A stretch of 64,000 nt of DNA from Raillietiella orientalis. Its lineage: Eukaryota. Under the pieces are notes generated by a model that was not told where the DNA came from, ran no database searches, and was given only the letters and a program-made list of their open reading frames with translations. Below are positions 13,621 through 26,005 of the stretch, in pieces. The DNA lies in contig JAYWIR010000016.1 of the NCBI GenBank assembly GCA_036172245.1, positions 1,054,001-1,118,000 of the forward strand. Reading direction: 5' to 3'. A program made the translations under genes and the position numbers. Numbering within the stretch: the first letter of the stretch is position 1; the number at the start of each line of letters is the position of its first letter.

Positions 13621-15108
13621 CGGACTGCAACTCTTTACCGATAAGGCTCCAAGGAATGTTAAGAGCTAGTCACGATGAGTCGCCACGACACCTAAGGAAT
13701 TCCTTCTCAACGGTACAAAGACTCCAGCAAATATATTGGAAATATTGTCTTTCTGTGAGTGGATGTTTTTGAAGGTCTTGCTCATTTAAGTGAAAAAAAA
13801 ATTGAAAAGTCCAAGTTGCGTGGACTACAAGTAGGCAAAAGGTCTATCGGTCCCAACTATGAGGATAGGAAAATGAAACCCACAATATCCCCGAACATTC
13901 CTCTAAACGTTATGTAGCATCAGGAATGGCCTGAACTAAAAATGCAAATGAATCCGAATAAAGACATAAACATTCCGGTGTTTTAGGATAGCAATCTTTT
14001 CGTGTGTTCTTCAACGAACCTGTTAGTGATTTTCTTTACAAGTGGTTTTCCCTAACAATCACGATGACCACAACTACAAGACATGATACTATTGATGATA
14101 TCTGATATTATTTTCTTACCGGACACAAGAAAAGATCATATTAGGCAGATAAAACTAAAAATTAATTACAAGTGTAGGTTTAATTGCGAAGGTATAACCA
14201 GCACTATTGGTGATTAATTTAGATTAGTTGCTGCTTGTATTCCCATCAGTTGTATGTACACAATCACAGCATTCAACCCACAATCATTGTTTACATCGGA
14301 ATAGAGCTTATTTGCAGATCTTTCCTTGATTTATTGTCCTGAAACCATAGTTTTTCAATGTCAGTACCTTTCAAAGAATACAATCAATACTGCAGTGGAT
14401 GCATATTTTATATGGCTTAGATTCTAAGACTAAAAATTATCCTGGAAAGACGTATGAGCTATTTTTAAAAAAACAAAAAATGAGGTGAAAACATTAAAAA
14501 CATCGAAGAAAATGTTTCATGGCATTTAATTTCCTATCAGAAGATATTTGCAAAAAAACAGCACATGGAATCCAACTAGTGGTGTTTTGTTAAATTAGGT
14601 GGCAGGCATATATAAGAATAATCTATAATATTCAATGTTGCATTGGTGACTGAGCTGTTTCTAAGCTCCAACCTTTATAATGCATTTTCCTGATAAATGC
14701 AAATGTCACACAAAAGTTCTGATTCATAAAAGCTTTCTCATTTCCTCATTGACCAAAAAAACAAATATGTTTGCTTGCATTATAAATTCATTCATCAAAA
14801 GTTAATGAAACTGTTGAATTTATTAATAGAACTTTAACGAAATGGTACATGTGCCTGTTTGTGGATGAATAATAACTATATTGCATATCTGGAATCTCTA
14901 TTTTCACATTTTGAATACAGTTCTTGTGGTTTCATGCCTGACTTTTTTCTTGAACTACATAAGCAGTGTAATGACAATTTCTCTTGGCAAAGCAGAAAAG
15001 ACATGTTTTATAACTGTATGACTGACAGTTAAAAAATTCACACTGACAAATTTTTGTTAAAAAAGACCAGCAGTGACATTTTTTCATTTCTACTGGAAAT
15101 ATTCTGAG

Positions 15109-15724
15109 TTATACTTTTAACATATCTATGTAACTTTTAGGAAGTAGGCACTGATTAACAGTCTGTAGTAAATGGAAATTTTCAAGTGCTGCAGCCACCC
15201 TCTCTTTATCTCTTAACTGCTTGTTCAAAGCTTCCTCTGACATATGCGTACCCTCAGCTACTTTCACAGAAATTTTGTATCTTCCAGGTAATGAACGAAG
15301 CAATTTTACTTTTATACAAAGACCTATGAGAGTTGCCATGCTGCAATTGGGTATTGTTGGAGTAAATTCGACATCAATACAGTCATCATGAATTTTGATA
15401 TTTTTTACCTCCACAACATTTAATTCTTCTAGAGTCAAAGGATGTTCAGGATCATTAATTGACCTGATTATGTCTAATAAAAGTAAAAAGACCAATTATT
15501 TTCAAAATTTAAACCTATAATTCAGAAATTTCCTTATTTCTGAAATACAGAATACTAAATTTCCGAAAATTTCAAGCACTGCCCAATATACACAGTGGAC
15601 ATCATAACATACCAAAAATTTCCTGGGCATCAACCGCATCTTCTATAGCATTATCAAGTTCTTCCATTGTAGGCACACGTGCTTTAGAAACTTCATAAAT
15701 TTTGGGTGCTGCGTTTTCCAACAT
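15109..15724 (-). CDS. CIAO2B: Cytosolic Fe-S assembly component 2B (MIP18/FAM96B, galla-2-like), about 158 aa, 2 exons
   Basis: Exons 15724-15613 ([10 protein letters not shown]...VDAQEIF) and 15473-15109 ([64 protein letters not shown]). [11 protein letters not shown] and AAALEN fit the FAM96B type better than FAM96A. Confidence 0.95.
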
Positions 15725-15979
15725 ATTTGATTTATTGCTTGAAATGCTTTTCTGAAACAATCACAGAACACTCAAAGTCAGGAACTCATGGGTTCATAAT
15801 GGCTCTCTTCATAAACAAACGTCCACCGTGTTTCTTTATTATAGATTACTGTTACTAGCTACAGAAAAAAATCAGTGGAAACTTAAAACACCTTCACATC
15901 AAAGTTTTGTACTTGATCAAGGAAAACAATTGTGCCAACTTCCGTACCAATTTTACAAGAAAATGGATGTCCACGCTAA

Positions 15980-18250
15980 TTAGAAATTCCTCTAGCTTGT
16001 CTACAAGAGATTGATCTAATTTTTCTTTTACCAGAAAAAATACTTTTTATTCCATCGCTAGAGCGATAAGTTAACAAACCTTCATAAAGGTTAGAGTAAA
16101 AGGCACTAACTAAACACATGGGGACGCTCCCTAAAAATTTACAAATACAATACGACACTGAAGCTGGACACTTACTACACTATGGACACTTACTCGTTCC
16201 TATTAAATTTACGTTATTTATGGACACAACCTGAACGGGAAGCAACAACAGTTGACCACATTCGCTCTACATACCTCCTTTGCCACTCTTGGGTTATTCA
16301 GAGTTACCACCGCACAATTTACAGTTATAAAAAAACATCCCTCGATGCATGTAATCTCAGTATTTTTGATACTGAGATTTTCAGAAACTTTATGAAACCG
16401 TACAATTACACTACTTATTATGTGTATATAAATTGTGCATACCGAGAAGAATAATTGTAGTAGATATTTACTTGCTGCATTTTTGAGTCGTAAATAATTT
16501 ATTCCAGAGATGAGAACTGAAGACTGCCTTTCTTTCTGTGGCAACAGTTTCCAAAGAATCTGCACTCGTGGTTTTGTAGGGCATGTACTATCTAAGAAGG
16601 AAGATACATGGTATTCTAGTAGCGCCTCCAAAGTTGAAACTGAATGCAGAAACAAACACCCATGCCTTGACCTTCCTTCTACTATAACCGGAGAAAAAAG
16701 AAAAAAGCGTAGAAACTTTCGTTAGCTCATTCATGCAAAATGAAGTTCTGAAAAATTCCGAGTTTATTCTACTGTAACGTTTCATTATTGATAGCATTCA
16801 TAGAAAGTCATGTGGATTATTTTCCTACTTTTAGAAGGAGGAAGAGAAAGAGAAACAGCTGCTTCCCCTTTTATAGGAGAAGCAGCTAATTGGCAGATCT
16901 CGAATAATGTATTGTGCTTACTTAGTGGTTTAGTGGAGGTAGGAATTTTACTGTGCAAACTCTTTATCGAATTCCATTTCTATTCGAACTTCTCAGAATT
17001 CATGAAAACAATAAAAGGACAATTCTTCATTTATTGTCGAATGTCTTGAACTGTAAAATTAATACGAAATGCGTTCACAGAGAATCTTCTGCATGTTTCC
17101 TTTCGTCTTCATCCGATACTCTGTTCAAGATTTAATTAAATGCACAATGGAAACTATCTTCCAAAAAACTTGACTCCTGATTCATCCGTGAATGTTCAAA
17201 GATATCTTGCTTTCCTTTTATGATGTATTTCTGGAATTAAGGATGCATCAAATACAAGTTTTCCACTATATTTACTTGGTTATGTTTTCTATTAATTTTA
17301 TCACGATCTATTCGTTATGGCATTTTAAACAAGTTTTCATATAATGAATGCTTGTGTTGGCATTTCCATTTCCACTTTTTTTATAACGTCATGTTTCCTT
17401 CTGCTTTTTTTTTTTTTTTCTTTCACTGAACGTCACCTGCAAGTTATTGGAAATATATGCTCTAGACAACATCTTTTTGAAGTTTCACTTTGCGCCTCTT
17501 AGTTCCCTTGCTTCCAAATGACCTTTCTGAAAGGAAAGGACCTTTCTCTCTCCCTGAAATCAATAGAGACTTTTCATTATAATCTTAAATTCAACACCAC
17601 AAAGCAAGGCAGCCCTATCCAATACGATCAAACTACCAGTCAACCAGCGATTTATTTGTTATCCTAGCATAATGAGACTTTTTAAAGTTATATGTCTTGT
17701 TATCAGTTTGACATCATTATTGAAATTTCATTTAAATTAAGGGATAATTTAGATGAATTAATGGATAATGCAGACAGGGAATTTGCATTTATATTATTCT
17801 CATAACTTTAACCGTTGACTTCATTTATTTTTCTCTTGTATTTCATGAGAATTTTGTCAACTATCTTCTTTGATTAGTGAGCAGAATTTTTCTTCCTTAT
17901 TTAGAGCTTCCCTCACTTCTGAACAGCTTATTTCTTTGAACCTTCTCACGATGCCCTTTGCTTTGAAGCGTTGCCATATCTTAGGTCATTTTTCAAGCTT
18001 ATCAAAACTTTCGAAAACCAGCTGTACTGAAGCGAGTGATCCATCGTGATCTCAGCATGCAAAGGATGTTGCTTAAGCACCAACAGAGGAAACTCGCATA
18101 ATTGATGAGTAATACCGTTGATTTGCCGTATTCATCTTTTTTCTTTCACCAATTTTTGATTTGTTCCTGCTTCAACAGCATCCCCTTGTGACACGATTCG
18201 TAAATTCAGGTTTCTCCGTGGACGTGCTTATTCCTTTCGTGTTCTCATCC
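15980..18250 (-). mobile_element. Degraded non-LTR retrotransposon (L1/Tx1-like) ORF2 remnant
   Basis: Minus-strand fragments with stops and frameshifts, in RT order: MKNCPFIVFMNS (like KNWRPISLLN), YIIRDL, HDFL*MLSIMKRY, VEGRSRHGC...TLEALL (like GVRQGCPLSP...ALEPLL), RFHKVSENLSIKNTEI. Boundaries are approximate. Confidence 0.45.
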
Positions 18251-18649
18251 CGAAGCAAGCAGTTCTTCAGATCTGCCTCCTGCAGCAGTTTGAGTTAGTG
18301 ATGGGCGGTCCTCTTGTTGCGAGGGTCCCCAGGTCTGTACCAGGAATGTATGGCGGGCTCGGTCCGCGTACGAGCGTACAGAGGATCGCAGTTTGGAACA
18401 TGGCCAACGCCCATCTCTTAAATTGAAAATTTATATAGTTTGTTTCTTTGTTTATTTTTTAAAGTAAGGTTTACGTGTGGAACTATTTGGTTATTTGTCT
18501 GTCGAGAGCAATCAGTAATGAGGATAGGCTCAAAGAAAAATGAATACAAGAGGTAGGAGAATAAGTTTCCATTATTAAGCAGCAAATCACTTCCATAAAT
18601 CACGAAGCAAAGCAATTGCAGAGGGTCTCACAGACCTTAATGAGACTTC

Positions 18650-21600
18650 TGCGTTCATCCCTCTCGTAGAATCTTGTTTATGACAGCACAGACTTTTCAA
18701 TTTAGAATGCCGAGTTGACTGTGAAGATTTCCATCTGTGAGGGCATTTTTTGCAATCCGCGATGGCCATTTTTGAGGAAAACTGTTAGTGGCCGGTATGT
18801 AATTGCAAACAGAGTGCACATTTTCGGGGCATTCCGTTTATTCGAATAGGGAGACGGGTCTTTTGAAATTCAGTTAGTAGACGGTAACCGACTCCTGTCC
18901 GGAGTTTGTCAGCTCGTACATTCGATGAGCTGAAAGATCGAGGAAGGCATCCCTGGCTGTACCAAGAACCGAGCAGCAAGTAACCGCAGCTCCGTTTGCA
19001 TTTCATCAGACCTGTCCTCAAGTTCTTCTCTGGGCTTTTGGCATTCCTTTCCGCATTTCACATCGGATGCCGGCTGCGCTGCTTGTCGTGACGTGTCAAG
19101 TCGTCGTAGGGAGCCCGGTTTTTGCACACCTCAGGTTGCTTGGAAACGCTGGTTTTAGATGGGGCTGAGGACACCACTGGGTGGCGGGGATCAAAATGCG
19201 ACCCCGGATCTTGTCAAATGGCCGGAGACATCCACGAGAAAGGCTGCATCATAAAGGCAACCGCTGCTCTGCGTTCCAGGGCCGAATCACCTTTCACATC
19301 CATAAGCAGAATTAATGTCTTGTCTGGATTCCCAGAAGCGCTTCGACGTCCTACCCTTCCCGAGTCACTTGACCTAAGAATAACGATGCTCGACCTCTGC
19401 CTCGAGTTCAGATGAAAATCGCTTCGATCGACTGCAGCCACGGTGGAGAGCTGAAATGGTATGCACACTCGGTCACACGGTCAGGATTCATGGTCAGAAG
19501 CAGGGAACGAAGATGGTCTTGAGGTACGACACCGTGGTAGAACACTAAACTGGAAGGCCCATAACTTTCCATGCCTCTTTCGGCAACGCCCCAAGACCTT
19601 GTTTTTCTCTCTCCATCTGTAGCTGCACCCACAAGGTTTCCACGTGGCAAGTGAAATTTCAGCTTCCGCTCGCTCGAACAAGTCTTTTCGGGTGGCGGTG
19701 CCTCGAATTGAAATCCGCTCTTCAGCAGTGGATCTTCAGCAAAACCACGACTTTCTTTGCCTCGTTTCCCGATAGAGCCAACCACTTGTCAGCAGCATTT
19801 GGGACATCAGTTGTCTCATCAAGTGGCAGAGAGAGGAAACGCATTTTCTCATTTCTCAAATGCAGTCGATCCAACTGATGGCCATCCGGTCCATTCCTTC
19901 GGGCACAATGCCTCAGGGCAAGTTGGCTGTGCAGGCTTAAGACGTTGGCGGTTGTGTTGTCACAAACTCTCCTGTCGAGTGTGCTTTAAGATGCTCAGCA
20001 GTCAGCTCACTGACTGAGGGACAATCCTGGATTTCGCTTTCCTTTTCTCTTGCAGTTTCAAAGTGTGTTTCAAACGGAGCATTTCCCCATTTCGAGCTTC
20101 ATCAGCAACACATATACATATATATGGTACGGTTCATGGAATAAATCCGGTTACTATAAATAATTACCGGCTAGTATTACCAGTAACCCAATAAAAAGGT
20201 TAAAGCGAATAGTAACACCTAATAATTACGTTTACCGGTAAATATTAATAATTACCAGTGAAGCCTCGTGAATTTAATAAAAACGTGTTTTATAATATTA
20301 TTTGTTATTCGAACATGCAAGCATCATTTATCAGGTGAGGACGTTCTTGAGAAATCAAGAAGGAAGAGAAGAAACAAACTTATGACAAAATTATACAAAA
20401 CCATGACATACAAATTATGCAAAATTGTGGCAAAAGTCGGTTAAAACATGAACTTTTGTAAAGGTAGGGGAAGAATACACGAATAAGACGAGAATTTCAC
20501 GCTATCATGTGCTTATAAACAAACTATTTATTTTTTCAGGAAGAACTTCCGTGGTCTATGGAATTACAAAGGATATTTGACCTTCTACATAAGAGTTACA
20601 CTCTCCTGTACCATTGCGATGTGGGAATCCTTGACCGCCTAAATTAGAAGTCTCGAGAGAACATCCTCTTAGACTTATGCCAATATCTGGAACTTTATGA
20701 ACTGAGACGAAAGTTTCCTTGCAGACGGGAAATTCAGGCCTTGTACAGAGTTGGTCTAAAATGCCATGTTTTGTACCTACTTTATGCAAGTTGCCGTTTT
20801 CAACAGAAATTCCAAGAGCTATTTGATATTCCGGTTATCGGCTCTAGCCCTATCTCCCTCTGGGATCCTCCTCGGATAATTTCAGAGGTTTCATTGAGTG
20901 CAAAAGAAGAATCTTCCTTTTTTTTTTTTTTGTCCCACCATTTTCCAATTAGCAACATTTTTGTTATCTTCCTCATCTATCTTTTCTGTTTCGGAAGGGT
21001 GTTGTTCGTCTTTGATTTGGCCAGCCCTCCTATTTTTGTTTTTGCCTGCACACTAAAAGTCTGCACTCGAATCCTCTATTTCCACTTCCACATTGCCACT
21101 ATTCCCTGCCCCCCTCATGCCGCCGCCCTCCTTTGATGTTATCCTCTGAAGTTCGACGTCATCATAGGATCGATCTTCTCATGTCGTCTCGGGATCATCT
21201 TCCCAAGCTCCTTCTTTCCGACAAAGCGTCGACTGGCGGGAGTGTTTTCGAGCCCACTTTCGAGCTGTGTACAGCCGTTGCGGCCTATTTGATAGGACGC
21301 CGGGACTTTGTCGCCGGAGTGCGGGGATAGGGTGGGGAGTGGAGGGTTAGGGGGGGGGGGGTGGAATATACGGTGACTCAGACACGGCCGTGATCGGAAG
21401 TGTTATTTTTCCAGTCCTCGCGAGCCTCGAATTTAACGTACTGAAAATTATTGCACTTACCACTGATAGTTGTGAATTATTAATAATTACCGGTTCATGT
21501 GATAAATTCTTATAAATTACTCACTTTGACCTTTTTATTCGGGTATTATTGATAATAGCCGGTGATTATTAATATAAACCGATTAATCAATTGAACCGTA

Positions 21601-21760
21601 ACATACATACATATGTACACATACATATATGAACTCTTTCCTTCTCTCGGCCGATTAAGCATTCACCTTTTCCATTTGCTTCCGTGGAAATTCCCCAGCG
21701 CAAGAGCATTTCCAGAGTGAGGATGCTCATCGCACGAATATCTTGTCCCCCCCCTCCCCC
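18650..21760 (-). mobile_element. hAT transposase pseudogene (GTF2IRD2/Charlie/SPIN-like), split by a nested element
   Basis: Minus-strand motifs in order: TEANGKGECLIGREK (about 21690-21640, BED-finger-like); then, beyond the insertion, AEHLKAHSTGEFV, FLSLPLDETTDV (first catalytic Asp block), SIRGTATRKDLFE, LPRGNLVGAATDG (TDG block), FLVDVSGHL, REELEDR and LTDGNLHSQLGI. Many frameshifts. Confidence 0.75.
20128..21600 (-). mobile_element. Non-autonomous IS3EU/GingerRoot-like (KRBA2/SCAND3-type integrase) DNA transposon, 1473 bp, with about 150-bp imperfect TIRs
   Basis: Ends are TACGGTTCA (20128) and TGAACCGTA (21600). The TIRs share ACCGGCTA, AATAAAAAGGT-AAAG and ACCGGTAA-TATTAATAATT. The internal minus-strand remnant IPEGDRARADNRNI / KVGTKHGILDQLCTRPEFPVCKETFVSVHKVPDIGISLR...GGQGF (about 20870-20600) matches the C-terminus of KRBA2-like integrases. 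Confidence 0.72.
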
Positions 21761-21949
21761 ACTACCCACTACTAGTATTTGGCATTTTAGGAAGACTATT
21801 TTTTTTCTTTACAGATGTCCGATATTACATCAGAAACCCCAATGGGAAAAAGAAAGATTGCCAGTTCACCAAACAAAGTATACGATTTTTAGTACAGATG
21901 TACATGCTTTTAAAATTACAGCTTCTCTAGGAGCAAAGGTCATGTGCAA

Positions 21950-22860
21950 CTCCTTGGTGCAATAGGAGGTACCCACAAAGCACGAATTCGCTTTCGATGA
22001 ATCTTCGTTATTTATTTTTGCGGACAGGAAGCACTGCCTTTACATAAAAGGACTCATAGCGATGGTCTTTTATATAAATCGGGATTCTGATAAATGCATG
22101 TGTTTATGATTCTCATGGTGAAGGGGTGCTGTATCCAGTTTGGAAAAAAGTCTCTTGCGGGTCATATGAGGACTGCAGCCCACCTGTGACCCGCGGGGCT
22201 TTCTGATCTGACTGTTTCCTTTTGGAGTTGTTGCCAGAAGACTTCTCGTGGCTTTCTTGTCCGTCAGGCTGCACAGACCCTCTCCTAGGGAATTCACAGG
22301 GTTTCAGAGAGCCACCTCAGATGAAGTTCACTCATCTGCGAGGTTTCATCTTTGAAACTCTGAGTTTTCACCGCCATTCTGCACGAAAACGGAGACGGGG
22401 TGGAAGACCTCCGTCCGATCTGATCGAGGATCCGAGCCCAAAGTGATGGAACGTGTGCTTTCCCTCTTCCTCTGCCCCCTTATGCAAATTTGCTCGTTCT
22501 TGTTGGTCCAGGGTAGTTCTCCAGCAGGGCTTTGGAATCTGAAGCCCCCTTTTTTTTTCTTTTAATGAGTAAAGGATTCCTTTTCTTGTCTCAAATAAGT
22601 GGGCTCTTCCTCTTTCCTCAGATTGTGATTCCAATTCCCTGTGTTTCCTTTTTTCTTTTCACAAACTTCGGGGATGAATGCTGCTTCCCTCCTCATATAC
22701 CGAATGAATCGACTTTCTTCAAACACTCAAAAGTGAATTTGGAACTTTTGTTTTTTTCTTTGACAAAGCAAACTTCCGCTAAGTCTTCTTTCTTTCTCGA
22801 GTTCCTGTGGTTACAATGCCGGGGGATTGACTCAAAATTCTGAGCACTGCGAAACCATCA
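21950..22860 (-). mobile_element. Gypsy-like pol remnant (end of RNase H to integrase)
   Basis: WFRSAQNFESIPRH (like RWxxxLQEFDF), LFETRKGILY...GLQIPKPCWRTTLDQ (region before the integrase H2C2 finger) and TTPKGNSQIR (like YHPQGNGQVER) occur in order on the minus strand. Degraded. Confidence 0.42.
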
Positions 22861-22867
22861 AAAGTTC

Positions 22868-23762
22868 CAAAAGATCTTAAAAGTAAATACATATGTTTAT
22901 TACATCCATTAATGCATATATTTGTATATAGATTAATATACAGACTGATGTGCATGTTTCACGAAGGTTATAAGGATACTACATGTGCTTATATATTAAT
23001 GTATGCACTTGTTCCAATCTACGTGTTTATTAATATTTATTAACATAAATATTATTGATATAATTAATAACATGCATTAAAATATTATTAATACCCATAT
23101 TTTTGAAGATTATAAAAATAAAAATATATGTTTATTGCACATAGTGTATTCATAATAAATATATACTAAATGAATCTACGGATAGCGAATTATGAAGAAT
23201 GAAAAGCAATGGCGACAATTCAAAACGATGGAAAAACATAAAAACAAATCAAAAAAGCAAAAACGAAATTTTGTATTTCCTTTTCCTGTCATTTCCAACG
23301 CAGCAAATGCAACTTCCGCAACAACTGATAAATTTCATTTTCGGGATTTTGACCGTTCAATAACCATATGTGCTTATGATTCGATATTCGTGTATCCATT
23401 TAATATGTACTTATTATATATATATATATTTACATTCTTTATAATATATATTAATCTACATCCAAGTATATATGTTAATATATAATAGGCATATTATAAA
23501 TTGTATTAATAATATGCGTGCTAATCAATATTAGTAAATGTATACCAATACTAAAACAATATTACTATTAATGATGTGTATATCAATAAATATTAACAAA
23601 TATTAACAAATTGTATGTCAAATTAAATTTGCATATGAATCTCTACATAAATATATATGCATTTATTTTTATGATCTTTGTAACATAAGTTACTCTCCAT
23701 ATCGATCAACCTACATACAAATATACACACTATTAATGTGTATTTATATTTTATGATCTTTC
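22868..23762. mobile_element. AT-rich foldback/MITE-like element made of long degenerate inverted repeats
   Basis: About 22868-23198 aligns with the reverse complement of about 23371-23762. Examples: AAAGATCTTAAAAGTAAATAC vs AAAGATCATAAAATATAAATAC, and ATAAATATATACTAAATGAATCTACGGATAGCGAATTATGA vs ATAAGTACATATTAAATGGATACACGAATATCGAATCATAA. The spacer is A-rich then T-rich. Confidence 0.65.
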
Positions 23763-24689
23763 GAGATGTCGACATCCTGGATTGTGATGGCTCGTCATTT
23801 CGGCATTTGAGATTTCGGTCGGCACCTGCCCGCCTGCTACGTTTGAGCATCGGCATACGTCCCTCCAGCTAGACAACGGTCATGTCGTGACCTTGGTCAG
23901 CATCGGCAGCAGCTTCCTGTCCTTCGACCAGTTCACCAGCTCCATGGTTCTGTTCGTGGGTCACTCTCCATGCAGCTTCCGCCTAGCGTGGGTTACCGAA
24001 GGCACGGGTGTGAAAATGCTGCTGGTCCAGATTTCGAAGCTGCGCTGGCTCTTCGTAGCAGCTGAAATCCTACCGGCACACCCACCCCCTCTGGAGGGTG
24101 GGTCAACAGCGCGTCGAGTGGGGGGTGAGGGGCCGGAGTCTGGCTATTCAGGACCAGGTTCTTCGTCGCCAAGTGCTGTATTTCCATTTTTACTTCCTCC
24201 CAGCAGAAAGAGACAAAGAGCTGCTGAACAGCGCCGCCCCAGACTCGCGGGATGTTGCACAAACAACCGGCTACGATGTCTTTGCTTCGTCAGGGCTGCC
24301 GTTTTGCCTCCTCTCTGAAGATTGCTGGCTTTTCTCTCTTCCACATGGAGAGCACTAGCATTTCACTCCGGTTTTTTGCTCTCTTCCTATAAAATTTGAT
24401 TCCTGCTCCACGAAACCTTTGAGAGTCTGCGACGTGTCTCGGAAGGGAATATTCGTTCTCGCAGGTGGTGATTGCAGAGTCTCCTACCGACGAGGTTTCG
24501 GCTTGCCCTTGCGAAGCCACTTGTCCTCATTACCGGACAGCAGTTCCATTTCCTTGGCTGGGGAGCATCTGTTGGAAGCACTTTCTTCTTCTTTCGAGCT
24601 TTTGTCGGAATGCTGAGGAAGATGGAGCCGTCCCCCCCTTCGGGGGTGTGGGGGAACCCTCCATCGCGTGTCACGGAGCTGGATGATAC

Positions 24690-25590
24690 CCCCTCCCAGG
24701 GACTGATGGAAATCCTTCTGGGTTCTTCTCTGCTTTCCTTCCATCTTTTTTTTTTTTTTAGGGTTATCCTTGTTTTGGTTCGCCAAGTGCTGAGGAACAG
24801 GCGCGCCCCTGACGGCGGCTCACGCAGCTCTTTAACGCTGCTCCACGCCACCCGAGGGCGCGTGTTAACTCTTCAATTTATAGGGTGCCCCCCGGGAGGG
24901 GACCACTTTATGAACCCAGGAAGGAAAGGCTCCTGAGAAGGGAGTCCGTTCCTCTCACGCCTGGGGAGGGGTCCTCGAAGGGTGACCACGTCCACCCTGG
25001 TCGTCTCCGAAGGGGAACCCCGAAGGGAAGCTCCTTCCTTGTTCTCTCCAGAGGGACCCTTGTAGAGGTCCTCTCCCCTGGAAAGGGTCCGCTCTTGGAA
25101 TTTCTTCTCCAGAGGGAGTCCGCAAGGGAACCGCTCCTGTTTGCTCCTCTGAAGAGAGCCCAGAAGGGACGCTTCCGGATTTTCTCAGAAGGCCGCTCCC
25201 GAAGGGAGCGGCATGCTTCATTGAACTCTCTGAAAAGGCATCATTAATCCATTAGCTGTATGGTACGAGACGGAGGGTCAATTCCCGAAGAGAAAGGCCC
25301 GCTTCTTTGCACGAGAGGAAAGGAACTCCGAAGGGAACGCGGCTCCCTGATTCCCGGAAGAACCCCGGAGAGTCGACTCCCAATCCCGACCACTCATCGG
25401 AGACATCCGGTTTTCCAGCTACCAGTGCCGCACCCAAACACGGGCCAACCAGAGTCATCTAGAGGGGGAAATCGAAACCCACACTCACGTATTTCTCTGG
25501 CGTCGATGCTTCCCTTGGCAGGATTCGAACCCGCGACGCCAGGCGCCACAAACGGAGACAGCAGCCACGCGGCCTCCGGCGCAGGGGGAG
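24690..25590 (-). mobile_element. Structured SINE-like repeat, copy A (about 900 bp, with tRNA-like head)
   Basis: On the minus strand: head GCCGCGTGGCTGC...GGCGTCGCGGGTTCGAATCC (B box at 25521-25531), body of CTTCGG hairpin subrepeats, conserved core TTCATAAAGTGG...ATAAATTGAAGAGTTA...GCCCTCGGGTGGCGTGG, then an A-rich tract. Homologous to copies B, C and D. Confidence 0.7.
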
Positions 25591-26005
25591 ATTGGCTATC
25601 CAGAGTGTCAGGAGCGCGCTGCTCCCTTCGGGGAGCGTCCCTTCAGGTTTCTCTTCAGGGAAGAAAAAACAAGGAGCGGTTCCCTTTCGGGTTCCCTTTG
25701 GAGAAGAAATAATGGAGCGGACCCGTCTGGGGTTCCTTCCCGAGCGTGAGAGGAGCGGACTCCTTCCTCTAGAACCATCCTGGATTCATAGGGTGGCGTC
25801 CTCCCGGGGTACTCCTCCCCCATAACTTGAAAAGTTATACGCCCCCTCGGGTGGCATGGACAGTGTTAAAGATCTTCGTGACTCCCTCTCCCCCCTCAAG
25901 GAGGCGAACGGCTCTTCTGCACAGTTTGAAAACCAGAAGGAAAAAAACTCTGGAAAGGGAGAGCAGCGGAAGCGGAAGAACCCGGAAGGATTGCTATCAC
26001 GCTTC
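25591..26005 (+). mobile_element. Structured SINE-like repeat, copy B (5'-truncated, inverted relative to the adjacent copy A)
   Basis: GCTCCCTTCGGGGAGC hairpin at 25621-25636, core CTGGATTCATAGGGTGG...ATAACTTGAAAAGTTA...CCCTCGGGTGGCATGGACAGTGTTAAAG, and GGAAGAACCCGGAAGGAT near the 3' end. Confidence 0.7.

Noticed and set aside
25505..25590. tRNA genes suggested by GGTTCGAA motifs (also near 43147 and 46844)
   Set aside because: No cloverleaf with acceptor and anticodon stems could be built, and each motif is the head of a longer dispersed repeat.
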